A DNA stretch of 64,000 nucleotides. Origin: Octopus sinensis (taxonomy: Eukaryota). Positions 1-13,444 of this stretch are shown here, piece by piece. The notes beneath the pieces were generated by a model. The model was not told where the DNA came from and searched no databases. It worked only from the letters and a program-made list of their open reading frames with translations. Position numbers and translations under genes: made by a program. The DNA lies in the NCBI RefSeq assembly GCF_006345805.1, contig NC_043004.1, positions 12,834,001 to 12,898,000 of the forward strand. Direction: 5' to 3'. Every line of letters starts with the position of its first letter. Position 1 is the stretch's first letter.

Positions 1-1099
1 AAGATGGTTATAAGGTGGTTATCCGTCTTTTTAGAGGGCAATATATTTGGGGGATCACTTATTATATCAATCGATCGTTTGTTGTGATTTTTATTGTTAT
101 TGTTCCTAGTTTCGTAGGAATCTAGCTTTTTATTGTTAATAGAGGCTATGATAGTAGCTAGGTTGCGAGTTAGGCTATGGCCTATTATAATTTTATTGCG
201 AAAGATTTCTGAGTATTTCGTATTCATATTGAAGTGCTTATTTATAAGTTTCATTATAGGTTCAACTATATTGCCAACAACACCACGCAGTGAAACTAAA
301 TCTGGAACCGCGTGGTTGAGAAGCAGGTAGGCTTCCTGACACTCTCAATCTTGGAAATTTACTCACAAGTCATTGGTTAACCCGGGGCTGTAGTGGAAAT
401 CATTCAACGTACCGTGCAACGGAACTGATCTCGAAGCGACATGTTTTTAAAGCGACGGTTTTAAATTCTTAACCACACATACATGTTCTGTACCTAATGA
501 TATGAAAATAAAAAAAAACACACCATATGAAAAGAAAATTACAGATAAAATGGAATGAGTATTAAAATGAAACTAAAGCATGAAACAGAGAAAGCTGAAT
601 TAAAATAGAATCTAAGAGTTAAGAGATAAGTTGAGAAGAGATCTCGAAGAAACAAGTAGAGAACGCAATTAGTTACAAATATCAGGAATTCTTCGTGTAT
701 TTTTCCTCTTTTATTTTTATGTGATATATTTTTTTGTATTTAAAAATTTTATATTTCTACTCGAAAAATTGACAGGCTGGAAAAATAACGAAAGAAAAAT
801 AAGTAAACGATAAATTAAAAAAAAAGAAACAAGCCAAAAAAATGCCATTAAAAAGTAGAAAGAAACTCAAACATAAATATTTAAAATAAAAAAAGAAACA
901 ATCAACTATTTTATATTATAGCAACTTATTACAAGCTGACAGAGACAAAATGTGAGTAAATTTTCATTACTGAAAACAATAAAGACAAAATGTTAAAAGA
1001 CTAAAAGTATATATATAAGAATAAAGCTGGAAAGACTAAACTAAAATATATATTTATCTATTGAGAAACTAAAACAAAAGCCAAATAAATAAAAAAAAA

Positions 1100-1116
1100 T
1101 CATGATGATGTTGATG

Positions 1117-1148
<32 letters not shown>

Positions 1149-1456
1149 GATGAGGATGATGATGATGAAGGTGGTGATGATGACGATGACAGGGGAGGAG
1201 GAGGAGGAAGCAAACGACGACGACGATGCCGATGATGATGGTGGTGAGGATGGTGATGATGGTGGTGACGATGATCATGATAGGGAAAGAGGGGGATGAA
1301 GCAGACGGCGACGATGACGATGATGATGACAGTGATGACGGTGACGACGATGATGGTGATGAGGATGGCGTTGATGTTGATGATCATGATAGGGGAGGAG
1401 GAGGAGGAGGAAACAGACGACGACGATGATGATGGTGATGACAGTGATGACGACGG

Positions 1457-1487
<31 letters not shown>

Positions 1488-1525
1488 GATTATAATGATG
1501 ATGATGATGATGATGGTGATGAGCA
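1100..1525. repeat. Compound (GAT)n/(GAC)n/(GAG)n trinucleotide microsatellite with internal duplicated blocks
   Basis: Direct reading; explains the poly-M/D/H ORFs at 1069-1544. Confidence 0.95.
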
Positions 1526-1920
1526 AGAGGAGGGGCAAGCTTAAAGGCAGTATTCAAGCTCTGGATTAACCGTAACGGTTAAATCAAATTAAATAGGCAC
1601 TAACGATGGGCTCTATATCTCTCATGCACTTTTCACTGCTTAACTTACTCAACAAGGCCAGCCTCTCTCCTGTTCCCTGTTATAACCATTGCCAGCAGCA
1701 TTCTGCTGCTGCTTCCCCTCCTCCTCCTCCTCCTCTTCTCCTCCTCCTCTCCTTTCCTCATATTAATCAGGATTGACGTCATCCTATTCATGTCATCATC
1801 CTCTTAGAGTAACTCTATGTCAGCGGATATGAATAGCATAGTGTGCCCACAATTTCAACAGACCCGCTATACAGATTGTGATAGACTGCGATCTGGACTG
1901 TCAACTGAAGACGTTTAGAG

Positions 1921-2173
1921 CTGTGGTTCTCAACCCTGTTTTTACCTATGGAACATTTTGATTCTTATTTTACTCGGATGGGACCTCGCAGTCATTAAAT
2001 AATCCTATTATATTTTTACAGTTAGATACAATTATGAATTGTTTAAAAAGAATGTTAACATATATTGTTGTGTGTATTGTGGAAATATAACTAATTTATT
2101 GCGTATAAATTTTAAAAAGCAAAACTTTATATGGACTCGCCAGGTTCATATAAACACCGGTTGAGATGCACTG
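1921..2173. mobile_element. hAT (Charlie-like) MITE, ~250 bp
   Basis: Ends ctgtggttctcaacc and ggttgagatgcactg are imperfect TIRs resembling CAGTGGTTCTCAACC. Flanks gtttagag / gttgagag form a near-perfect 8-bp TSD. Confidence 0.75.
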
Positions 2174-2479
2174 GTTGAGAGGAAACCTCAGTTATTGGAA
2201 TCAAAGTGCTTCATGACCACGAAGAAAGACCTACGATGATAGGGTTTCGTCAACCAGTTAACTGGAAGTTCAGCGGGGTAATTTATTTTAACTGGTGTTG
2301 AATCTTATTTGACGAGAAACTATTAAAGAAAAAGATATAGACTATATCAAGGCAAAACAATAAGGCAAAATAACTGTTTAGAGTGTTAACTAGTCAAAGT
2401 ATTAGTTGTGGCTATTAGAAACGTTGTCGCAATAAACGTGAAAGTCATAAAAAATGATATGTGACTAATTTCTAAGACA

Positions 2480-2660
2480 CGGTCTCAAAGCGATGAAAAT
2501 ATTTTCATAACTTAAATTTAAATGTTGAAGTGAATCTAACGGAATTTTTGTGTTTCTTAAAGGCTTATAAACATCTTCCACACTGCAATTGTTTTCGTTC
2601 CAGCACACGATCTCAAATCAGGTCACTTGCTATGCAAGTACATCTCTGAAAAATGCATAG
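2480..2660. repeat. Fragment of a dispersed repeat; inverted partial copy at ~30910-31045
   Basis: aaatttaaatgttgaagtgaatctaacgg...ggcttataaacatcttcca matches the reverse complement of 30915-30990. Confidence 0.6.
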
Positions 2661-3405
2661 TTACCTCTAAAATGTTTGCTCTTAAGGAAGAAGAGTGAAA
2701 AAACTGTCCGATGCATATAGGTGGAACGGACAAAACGTGGTAAAAAAGTAAAAACTATGTCTTATGGGCTTCGATCAATGAAGGAAAGATTGATGATGAA
2801 TGCCCGAAAGACTGGAAATAATAGTGGACTAGAGATGATTGAGTTATTTACTTACTTTCATGTGCTGTCACATAGCTCGTTAGAAAATATGGAACGTTGC
2901 GTAAAACCGATAACAGGCGCTAAGATAAGGGGCTGGTGGTGAGTTGCTGTGTGAGGGAGAAATAGTAAGGTTTAGATGGTCAGCTCCACAAAGCTTATCA
3001 ATGCACGCTAGATCTGTTTACGTCCCTCTTCGTTGAGCTTTAGCATAATTGGAACATCGTCAGTTGTTTTAATAAGGGAGTTGATGCGTAACGAAGGTAG
3101 AATGAATATTAAAGTGACATTAGCAAAAATCCCCGACCATAACTTTGTCTAACGCATATTTCAAGGTTAAGGCCAAAGTACTCACAAAGATGTTGGCATT
3201 TGTCGTCAGTCCTGGCAAAATCATGCGTTGATTATGTGTGGTTTCCTTCATTTACCAAAATCGTTAAACGTAATAATTGTATGAAGTCTTCGTCCTTTCC
3301 TTCTGTGTACTTTTGTTCGTTGTTACATGTTTGTGAACATGGATATATATTTCTTTTAATTGTACGTTAGATGAATGGATCCTAGTTTCAAATAATGAAG
3401 CAATT

Positions 3406-3534
3406 ATTATTATTATTATTATTCAGTAGTTTTATTTTTATAGCGTGCTTTCACGTCACTACCGAGCGCAGCTCTGTGTGCCTTGGGTATGTGCTGTGAT
3501 TTGTTGTGATGCTCTGATGGTTATTGTATGGAAA

Positions 3535-3535
<1 letters not shown>
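3406..3535 (-). mobile_element. Short 3'-terminal copy of the R4/Dong-type LINE at 4155-5730
   Basis: Near-identical to 4172-4287; (TTA)n on both sides. Confidence 0.85.
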
Positions 3536-3599
<64 letters not shown>

Positions 3600-3600
<1 letters not shown>

Positions 3601-4156
3601 GAGAGAACAGTGCATGCCATCAAAGTGACACTGGGGTACAAATATATGAAACCCAATATACCCATCATGACTACTTGTCTGGTAAGGGTACACCAGGCAT
3701 ATGCATCACAACCATATGTCTGTGACATGGTGATATCATATCAAGACAAGCTACGCGTGACCTTGCAGGTGGGAGCCTAGTTAGATTTTTCTTCTGGTCG
3801 AGTAGCCCATCCCGCTCAAAAGGTCCCTGAATAAGGATTGTTTAAGGATGTTGAACGAACCACCCATGTTTCCATAGGTTAATTGTCCAAACCTCTAAAT
3901 TTTCCTTTCAATACAAGGCTATGATGCTCCCCAACTACTTCTGTTCGTGATCAGAGATGCACATATTGTCAACCACTAAGGGACATGCTCAACTGGTTAA
4001 GGTCAAACAACTGACAAGCAAATCTGTGGTATTGAGCAGAATATTTGCCGTAGCCCATCTTTTATAACAAGACAAAACAATGTACATGATAACACTTGCA
4101 ATCAGTTAAGATCAGAAGCCACGAGAACCACTGCCTGGTATTGCATCATGGCATTT
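3600..4156. repeat. Non-coding ~560-bp interspersed element bounded by (TAA)n; older diverged partial copy at ~15660-15980
   Basis: cccaatatacccatcatgactac...cgctcaaaaggtccctgaataagg aligns by eye with cccaatatacccaccatgagtac...cgctcaaaagtccttgaataagg at 15.7-15.9 kb. Confidence 0.7.
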
Positions 4157-5136
4157 ATTATTATTATTATTGTTCAGTAGTTTTGTTTTTATAGTGTGCT
4201 TTCACTTCACTACCGAGTGCAGCTCTGTGTGCCTTAGGTATGTGCTGTGATTTGCTGTGATGCTCTGATGGTTATTGTATGGAAAGTGTTCTGCGTAGGA
4301 TGTGTGCAGTGCCTAGTAGTGCAATTTTCTGCATGTTATATGTGTTTGTAAGTCCTGGTGTTTTTGTTATGTATTTGTCTGAATATTTTTTTTATCGTGC
4401 CTAATGCACCTACTATGATAGGAATTGTTTCTGTTTTTAGATTGCACATTCTTGTTACCTCTATTTCCAGGTCTTTGTATTTTGAAAGTTTCTCCATTTC
4501 TTTTAGAGAAACGTTGTCATCTGCCGGTATTGATACATCAATTAGAAAGCATTTTTTTCTTCATGATCCCTGACAACTATATCTGGTCTGTTGGCCTTAA
4601 TTTCGCTATCTGTGTGTATCGGCATATCCCAGAGTATGGTTGCTTTCTCGTTTTCTGTGACCTTTTCCGGTGTGTGCCTATACCATCTTTTTTCTGTTGT
4701 TATTCCATAATGTTGGCATAGCTTCCAGTGTATGTAGGTTCCAACTCTGTCATGTCTGTGAATATATTCCTTCTTAGCCAGGACTGGGCAGCCAGACATA
4801 ATATGATTTATTGTTTCTTGTACATCTCCACATATTCTGCAGTTACTTGTTATATTTCTTTTCATTACATGTTTTTGGTAATTTCTGGTGAGGAGGCTTT
4901 GGTCTTGTGCTGCAATTAAAAATCCCTCTGTCTCTGCTTTGAGTACTGAGCTTCTCAACCATTGCTGGGATTTTTCTTTGTCTATTTCTTTTGCGTTTAG
5001 TTTAGTCCAGTATTTACCATGAAGGGGATTTTCTTGCCATCGTTTTATCATGGTTCGTTGCTGTTCTATTTTTAGTTTGGATTTCATTTGTTTTACAGCT
5101 TTTGTTGTTTCTTCATCATCATCATCAACATCATCA

Positions 5137-5186
<50 letters not shown>

Positions 5187-5730
5187 TTATTATTATTATT
5201 ATTATTATTATTTATTATTATTATTATTATTATTATTTATTAGGTGGTATGATTTCTTGTTTGTATTTGTCAGCTTCCTTAAATATTGAGAACAGTTTTT
5301 TGTTTTGCTCGTGTTTTGCCGCTATTTGTATCAGTTTTCCTTTCTTCAGGAGTAGATATTTTTGCAGTCCTATGGTGGTTATTTTGTAGTAGTTTTCCCG
5401 CTGTATAAGGCCTCTACCACCTTCTATACGTTGTATATATAGTCTTTCTATGTCAGATTTTGGGTGATGCATCCTAGATCCTGTCATTATTTTTCTTGTT
5501 TTCCTATCTATTTTGGTCAGTTCATTTAGTGTCCAGTTAAGGATATTGTAGCTGTAACTTATAACTGGGACAGCTAAAGTGATAATACCTATTATCTTGT
5601 TTTTAGCATTGAGCTCTGTTTTTAGTATCGATCTAACTCGTCTATAATATCCTTTTTTTATTTTCTCCTTCATTTGTGTGTGTTGTGTCTAATCTAGTTC
5701 ATGGACTCCTAAGTATTTGTTATTATTATT
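4155..5730 (-). mobile_element. 5'-truncated R4/Dong-clade non-LTR retrotransposon (end of RT, CCHC finger, restriction-like endonuclease), frameshifted
   Basis: Minus-strand translation gives KYLG (RT C-terminus), CRICGDVQETINHIMSGC (CCHC), RHDRV, NRPDIVV-D, LIDVSIP, KYKDL and KIALLGTAHILRRTLSIQ* (stop ~4272), then a 3' UTR and (TAA)n tail. Confidence 0.9.
5105..5240. repeat. (CAT)(CTT)n(TTA)n microsatellite interrupting the LINE ORF
   Basis: Lies between ORFs 5233-5673 and 4542-5087, which are consecutive parts of one protein. Confidence 0.9.
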
Positions 5731-5746
5731 ATTATTATTATTTTTA

Positions 5747-5799
<53 letters not shown>

Positions 5800-6000
5800 T
5801 AGGCAGCAAGCTGGAAGAATAGTGAGCACGCCGAACAAAAATGAATAGTGACATTTCGTTCGTATTTACGTTCTGTGTTCAAATTCTGCCAAGGTCGACT
5901 TTGGATTTCATCCAATTGAGATCGATGAAATAAGTGCCAGTTTAATTCTCGGATCAATTTAAGCAACCAGTCCTTACTTCTAAAATTTCAAGCATGTACC
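5800..6000 (+). mobile_element. tRNA-derived SINE, family A, diverged
   Basis: B-box-like gtgttcaaattctgcc followed by aaggtcgactt...tttcatcc core. Confidence 0.7.
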
Positions 6001-6164
6001 GATATATGAACATTTGAATATGAGATTTGTTAGTGCGTCGGACAAAATGCTCTGCAGAATTTGTTCCTGTTCATTTGGTTTTTAGTAAATTCTCGTCATA
6101 GCTAACTTTCAATATAGTAACATTTAACTTTAGAAATTAAATATAATGTGATTTTCCTGAATTT

Positions 6165-6390
6165 GAAGGCGTTTGGCCAAGTGGTTACCGTGTCGTATTC
6201 ATGGTCGTAAGATTCTGATTTCAATTCGTGGACTGGGTGAAGCATTGTGTTTTTGATCAAACCACTTCATTCCACGTTGACCAGTCCACCGTCGAGCAAA
6301 AATGAGTACGCTTGCGACGGACCGGCGTCACATCCAGGAGGTAAATACATATACGACACAGAAACTTGGAAACCGGCCCTTATGATTTCT
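6165..6390 (+). mobile_element. tRNA-derived SINE, family E, diverged
   Basis: A-box tggccaagtgg; tail gcgacggaccggcgtc...acagaaac...gaaaccggccc shared with the element at 9690-9986. Confidence 0.65.
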
Positions 6391-7649
6391 TAGGGCACGA
6401 AAAGAGCGCTCGTGCTCTCTTGGCTCTTTCCCTCGACCATCTACATCATGCTCTTCCACGTTACTCAAAATCAATATCTATTAGTATAACTAAATCCTAT
6501 TTACTAGTGTTTGCTCTTGCAATTTCCACTAACATAACTGAATTTACATGATTTGCACTAAAATCAAGTCGTCCACTAACTAGATCTATTCATTCAACGA
6601 TTTCCACTGTTATCCCAAAATTCAAAACAACCCAGCTGGTAAATATTCTCAATAAATATTCTGAAAATATGGTTTCCGCTATGAAGATATCTTTGTTTCA
6701 GTTCTATTAGACATTAGTAATTCCATTTCGTTTTAAAGATTTTGACATAACCAGTCATTCTTTAAAACAGAGGAAACAATGTATTTTTTCTTTGCCTTCT
6801 TTTAAGATTTACGAGATTTTTTTTTGGGCTTTAGTTTCTTGTATTTTTTTTTTGCGTTGTATCTCTAGCTGTAACTCGAGTAAAGAATAGATAGTTTTTG
6901 GAGCTTATTATCATGAGCTGGTATATGTATGCTGTCATGCTATGATAAAATAAGAAGTTGCATAAAAAAAAAATTAAATATACATTGCATATATTGTACA
7001 AAAGGAAAGAACAATGATAAGATAGGAATTCAATTTAGATTATATACGTACTTCATCATAACACACAGAGTTTTACATACGAGCACACACATATCTGCAT
7101 CTACAAATACACCTAGACACAAACACACACACGGATATATACGTACATACACTCACCAATAGATAAATGTATATATATGTATAAATGTATATGTACATAT
7201 GAATGTATATGAATATATGTTTGTATTTTTATAAATATATGTGTATACTTTTTTGTGTGCGTTAGAATGAGACGGTTAGAAACTGCAAATCTAAATCAGG
7301 TATATGTCTTTTCTTGAAGTAATGCTTATGCTACAAAGGAAGGTCCAAACCTCATTATATTGTGGATCCTGAGGGCTTATTGACGTTTTGTTTCGATGAC
7401 TTTTAATCATGACAGAAAACCAAGTTCTACCACTCCCGGGGCTTTACTATATGTAGCAACTTGAAAATGATATCTGTTGATCCTCGAATGATAGATCATC
7501 CAAGAGAAATGACGAAGGAACATCATTTCCAAAATGCTTCAATATGAAGAGATACACTTCCATTGCAAAAAACATGTCCTCTTTACACAAACTTGAAATA
7601 ATTTTGTTATTGTTCAGTGAATTTACTGTCTGCGCTTTATCGTTTACTT

Positions 7650-7860
7650 GTTTCAGTCATTGGACTACAGCCATGTTAGAGCAGCGCCTTGAAGGGTTTT
7701 AGTTGAACGAATCGACTGCAGTATTTATATATATTTTTTTAGCCCGGTACCTTATCCCATCGAGCACTTATGTCGAGCCGCTAAGTTTTCGGAGACATAA
7801 ACAAACAAAAACCGGTTCACAAGCAGTGGTGGGGGAAAATCTCTCTCTCTCTCTCTCGAA
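7650..7860 (-). mobile_element. SINE family C, 3' half
   Basis: Matches the reverse complement of 13480-13670. Confidence 0.7.
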
Positions 7861-8009
7861 CACATACACACACACATACACACACACACATACACGCACA
7901 TACACACACACATGCACACACACACATACACGTATATATATATATATATTTCGTATTTCCGTCTATCTGGTCCACACACGAATACATGTAAGGTTTTTAC
8001 AATTTAAAA

Positions 8010-8356
8010 AGTTAAAAAGTAAAGATACCTTTCGGTTATGAATAACCATGGGATTGCACCTAGAAAGTTACTCTCCGGGGCACAAGTCCGGGTAAGATTG
8101 TTTATGGAAGACCAGCAGTTGCCCATGCATACCAGCCTCTCCCTCTCCACACCTTTGATATTATCCTAAGGAAAGGCAAAGGCCGATACAGCTGGGCACT
8201 AGTGACGTTGCAACTCATTTCTACACTCAATGAACTGGAGCAACGTGAAATAAAGTGTCTTGCTCAAGAACACAACACCCAGCAGATGCGGGCATCGAAC
8301 ACACAGCCTCATGATTGTGAACCCGACGCTCAAGCCACTGAGCTATGCGCCTTCAC
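8010..8356 (-). mobile_element. tRNA-derived SINE, family D, near full length
   Basis: Reverse complement begins gtgaaggcgcatagctcagtgg (A box), then gttcgatgcc (B box) and ttgagcaagacacttt...ttgctcca core. Confidence 0.8.
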
Positions 8357-8782
8357 AATTTAGCGACTCCGCAATTACTAACGTAGATGTATTAGAACAT
8401 GTTTCAAAAAATAATCACAGACGCCTGTAGGGAAAATATTTGATATCATTACTACATCACAGAGTCTACAGGATATCATTCAACTATATGGAAACATTAT
8501 ATAAATTTTAAAAAAAGCAGATATTTGGATTGCACCTTGTCTCTCTGCCTTTGATATATCTACTCCATCAGGGCTAGTAGGGTTTACACTACAACCCCAC
8601 TCCCACTCCAGCAACGTCATCAACAACAAAAGAACAATAGCAACAACAAACAATACTTCTAGCTTCCCCAACTCATCATACCTACTGGTATTCTACCAGT
8701 AGTTTATATTAGCTAAAACCTTTTCAGACGCTCTCTAACTAGAATAGAACGCCGCAGTATGTTTCATCTTCAAGCTGAACCA

Positions 8783-9285
8783 GTTCTCAAGGCGGATAGC
8801 TGGCAGAGACGTTAGCACCTTGGGCGAAATGCTTTGTGGTATTTCGCCTGCCGCTGCGTTGTGAGTTCAAATTCCGCCCAGGTCGACTTGGCCTTTCATC
8901 CTTTCGGGGTCGATAAATTAAGTACCATTTATGCACTGTGGTCGATGTAATCGACTTAATCCGCTTGTCTGTCCTTCTTTGTCCCCTCTATATTTAGACC
9001 CTTGTGGGCAATAAAGAAATAAGAGCAAGATCTACCAACAGCTGATCACTTCTCATTATTCCCAACAGCAAGGCGGCGAGCTGTCAGAATCGTCAGCACG
9101 CCGGGCAATAAGCTTAGTAGTATTTCGCCCGCCGCTACGTTCTGAGTTCAAATCCCGCCGGGGTCGACTTTACCTTTCATTCTTTGAGGGTCAACAAATT
9201 AAGTACCGATGAAACACTGGGATCAATGTAATCAATCTGTCCCCATCTCAAATTTCAGGCCTTGTGCCTCCAGTAGAAAGGATTA
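8783..9285 (+). mobile_element. Two adjacent family A SINEs (long-tail then short-tail)
   Basis: Each has aggcggcgagct head, gagttcaaat B box and tttcatcctttcggggtcgataaattaagtacc core (Deu/Nin-domain-like by recollection). Confidence 0.85.
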
Positions 9286-9689
9286 TTTCCTACAGCACAC
9301 AGTAGATGGAAACTAAAGAGAACGTCTAATAGAGAGCTGCATTTTCATTCAAGACTTCAACAAAAACAATGCTATTTCCAGCCATATCCACAAAGTCCTT
9401 GGAAATATCAAACACGTAATGCACAAAATCAAAAATTCGGAAAACCCAATCGGCAAGTTCTACTTAGACAATTTCATTATATCTTTGATTTGAACCAAGA
9501 CTTGATCACGCCTAGAATGTGATTCTTCAATCTGGAATTTTTGACAGCGTGTTCTGTCTGTCTCTCATCAGAAATTTCGTATTAAACTAATCTGTTGCGG
9601 AAATGACTAATTACATACAAGTGTCATCGTCTTTACACTGGGCCCCAAATCAATTAGTCTTTTCCTTTATTTAAATTTTATTTATTTAT

Positions 9690-9986
9690 TTATGCGCCCT
9701 TTCCAAGCCTAGCCAGACTCATGGGTCCGGTTTCCCGGTTTCTGTGGTGTATGTGTTCCCCCCAACCCAGCTGGAGGGGACGCCAGTCCATCGCAGCGTT
9801 ACTCAAGAAACAGGAAGAGAGAGTGAGAGAAAGTTGGGGCGAAAGAGCACAACAGGATCGCCATCCCACCCTGCCGGAGCCACGTGGAGCTTTTAGGTGT
9901 TTTCGCTCAATAAACACACACAACGCCCGGTCTGGGAATCGAAACCGTGATCTGCTGCCCTAACCACTGGGCCATTGCGCCTCCAC
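9690..9986 (-). mobile_element. tRNA-derived SINE, family B head with family E-type tail
   Basis: Head ggcgcaatggcccagtggttagggcagc is the same as at 15122; tail differs and matches 6320-6385. Confidence 0.85.
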
Positions 9987-11223
9987 TTTTTATTTTTATA
10001 CGTTTCATTATTTACAATAATCCGACTACAACGGAAATCATACATCATATTTAATGAAGGAGTCGACACATCAAATGATTACATTATTTTGTCAATTAGT
10101 ACAATTTTTATTAACCAAAAAATGATGAAAGACTAGATGGCACTGGGCGTAACCAAATGCCAGAAAGAATGTCGTAGATTTATTACCAATTGCTCTAATC
10201 ACCCGAATATGATCATACCAAGGCTTTGAGATCAAATATCTTGAAGCACTTTTCTTCGACAAAAGTACCATGCATATGACCCATAGATTTTGTTTAAACG
10301 TTTGGCTTGAGTGCGAAAATGCAAAATATATTTAAGAAACTTGGAATCTGCGAATTGGTAGAATGTTTAGATTACTGGATGTAAAGGCACGATATTTATT
10401 TCGACTGTCTACACTCGATGTTCAAATTCCGCCAAGACCAACTTTGCTTGTCTGGGCGGGGGGGGGGATAAAGCATAAATTGGAGGTGGTGAATTAACGG
10501 AACTTCGAGAGGATCGGGCGATGATATCTGAGCATTCTGGCAGCAATAACTGCGACTTTACTGGGGTAAGCAGTATCGGGCCAAGTAACTAGCTTTCCCT
10601 TAGACAAGAATCTGATGAATGGGGAGAAGAAACTGCAAGCATGAAGGGCAAATAATAGACATCACCAAAAAGTTTTATCAAGGCCTACACCTACATATTC
10701 AGAGGCACGGTTGGCCTCGAACAAGAGTGGGCCTACATTTAGAAAACTAATATGTATTCAATTAAATTCGTATGTATTTCTTTGAGGTAGAAGCAATCCT
10801 TGCTCCCCAACCAATTCTTTTAAGACAAATCTAATGTTGTTTGCGCTCTTATAATAAAGCTGATGATGTGTCTTAGCATTATTCAGTATAGCAGATATAG
10901 AAAAATATGTTGAACTAATCGGAAGGAATAAATGATTAAGACTTCCGGAGATATATGTGAGATTTAATAAACTACTTCACCATATATATATTGATATAAT
11001 TTTGAAAAATAATTTATTCTTGACCTAAGATCTATGAGCCGGATTTGAAAACAGCATTAAACTGGGTTTGAGAAGAGAGATAAAAATCGAAATCGAAAAA
11101 ATTATCACATGCTTTGTCCATCACGAGAATTTCGCAAAAAACGCACAAAAACACATTGTGGCAGATTTTGTTATAAATGCATACATGCATACAGACGTGC
11201 ATGAATAAAGTCATGTATGCAAG

Positions 11224-11262
<39 letters not shown>

Positions 11263-11644
11263 GCACACACACACGTACACACACATTAAAATGCAAACAC
11301 AGTGAATAGAAAAAACAATAGTGCGGACTCAGTTACGCACACGAAAGCCAACAAAAAAGCACAGATGTTTCTCTAATATATTGAAGACAAGTGTATAAAT
11401 ATTTGTTAATAAGTTTCTTTGTTGATTTTTCCAATAATTTCGAACTGACAAGTGTCAATTTTATTCAAACCGCTAAATAAAGTATGGTAAATGATACACC
11501 TTTTCATCTGCCAGGAAAAATATCAATAAGGAACTATGGGAGAAAAAAATCAATAAAATGATATTAGGAAATATTTAGGTCGTTTACTTAATAAAAGTTG
11601 TTGACAGAAAGATGGTTACTTCCAGACACCACGCAGAAGATGTG

Positions 11645-11648
11645 TGTA

Positions 11649-11720
<72 letters not shown>

Positions 11721-11766
11721 AACAATCTATCTATCATCTATCTATCTATCTATCTATCTATCTATA

Positions 11767-11797
<31 letters not shown>

Positions 11798-11818
11798 TTA
11801 TCAACCAATCTATCTATC

Positions 11819-11880
<62 letters not shown>

Positions 11881-11953
11881 TTATCAACCAATCTATCTAC
11901 CTATCTATCTATCTAGCTATCTATCTATCTATCTATTTATCAACCAATCTATA

Positions 11954-11985
<32 letters not shown>

Positions 11986-12110
11986 ATTTATCTATCTATC
12001 TATTTATCCACCAATCTATCAATTTATCTACCAGCTTGTCTATGTATGTATGTATGTATGTATGTATGTATATATGTTTCTATCTATCTATCTATCTATC
12101 TATTTATTTC
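11645..12110. repeat. (TATC)n/(GATA)n tetranucleotide array with higher-order variant blocks, followed by (TATG)n
   Basis: Direct reading; source of the 314-aa YLSI ORF. Confidence 0.95.
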
Positions 12111-12314
12111 CATCTCTCTCTCCCCCTCCGCCCTCTCTCTCTCTATATATATATGTATATATATATGCATGTGTGTGTGTGGGTGTGTTTGTGTGTGTGC
12201 GTGTGTGTTTGTGTGTGTGCGTGTGTGTGCATGTGTATTGATATAAGAGAACAATACACCAAATTGAAAACTCATGAATGCATAGATATGCGTTTGTCTG
12301 GTTGTTTGTACATG

Positions 12315-12360
<46 letters not shown>

Positions 12361-13246
12361 CACATATATATATACATATATTCGTGTATGTGCGGTGTGG
12401 GAGCGTCCGTAAAAAAGTATGTAATTTATATTTGACTCCAATATGTGTTTCATCTTTATATTTTGGCTTCTTGTTTCATAAGATTTCTAAATATGTTGGC
12501 AACTTGTCGACTTCAATTTCTACATTATACGTCCAATGTTAATAACATAAGTTTATTATGGAAACTACAAGAACGGTGCAGATTTCTGGTGAAGCTTAAT
12601 ATATGAGTGGTATAAAAGTTCAGGAGTAGATAAATGATATAAGACTAAACGAGAGAAAAAAAAATTTTTTTGAATCATTTCAATCGTATGAAATTGCTTA
12701 GAGGTAGGCAATATAATAAAGACACCTGGTGAGGGATGTATTAAGATATTCGTGACTTGGGAAATACAGCTCTTCCTTTGCTACTAATGTAATTGTTGCG
12801 TTGTACGAAATCTTAAAGGAGGTTCTCACTGTACAATATAATTTGATATATGACAATTTAATAGATGATATCTCATTTGAGTGTTCGGCTGAAGATATAG
12901 ATAACCTTGTGTTAGATTAGATAAGTCCAGGCAGGGAATTGGGTTATGAAAAGAAAATAAAACATACGAATATATAAACGATTGAATCGTTTAGTTTAAT
13001 ATTTAAATGCACATTTTCTTGTTACAAGTGAATATGTATCATATTATATATATATATATATACATGAAAGGTATTGCTATCCAGAAGACCCAAGATGGCA
13101 GGTAAGGATACGTAAGTACTACGGGGGGACCGTAGGTGTCTCATATAAGTTAACATATATACATATATATGTATACATATATATATACATATATATATAT
13201 ATACATATGGGTGAATGGGTATATATGTGAATATATATATATGTAC

Positions 13247-13405
13247 GCGCAGGAGTGGCTGTGTGGTAAGTAACTTTGTAACCAACAACATGATCCTGGG
13301 TTCAGTCCCACCGCGTGCCATCTTGGGCAAGTGTCTTCTACTATAGCCTCGGGCCGACCAAAGCCTTGTGAGTGGATTTGGTAGACGGAAACTGAAAGGA
13401 ACCCG

Positions 13406-13444
<39 letters not shown>

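Noticed and set aside
1069-1544. Poly-Asp/His/Met ORFs as a low-complexity protein
   Set aside because: All frames are open only because of trinucleotide repeats; no flanking coding signal.
11598-12542. 314-aa and 209-aa ORFs
   Set aside because: Translations of (TATC)n/(TG)n; no protein complexity.
12600-12900. Possible Helitron helicase relic
   Set aside because: No convincing Walker or other motif in any frame.
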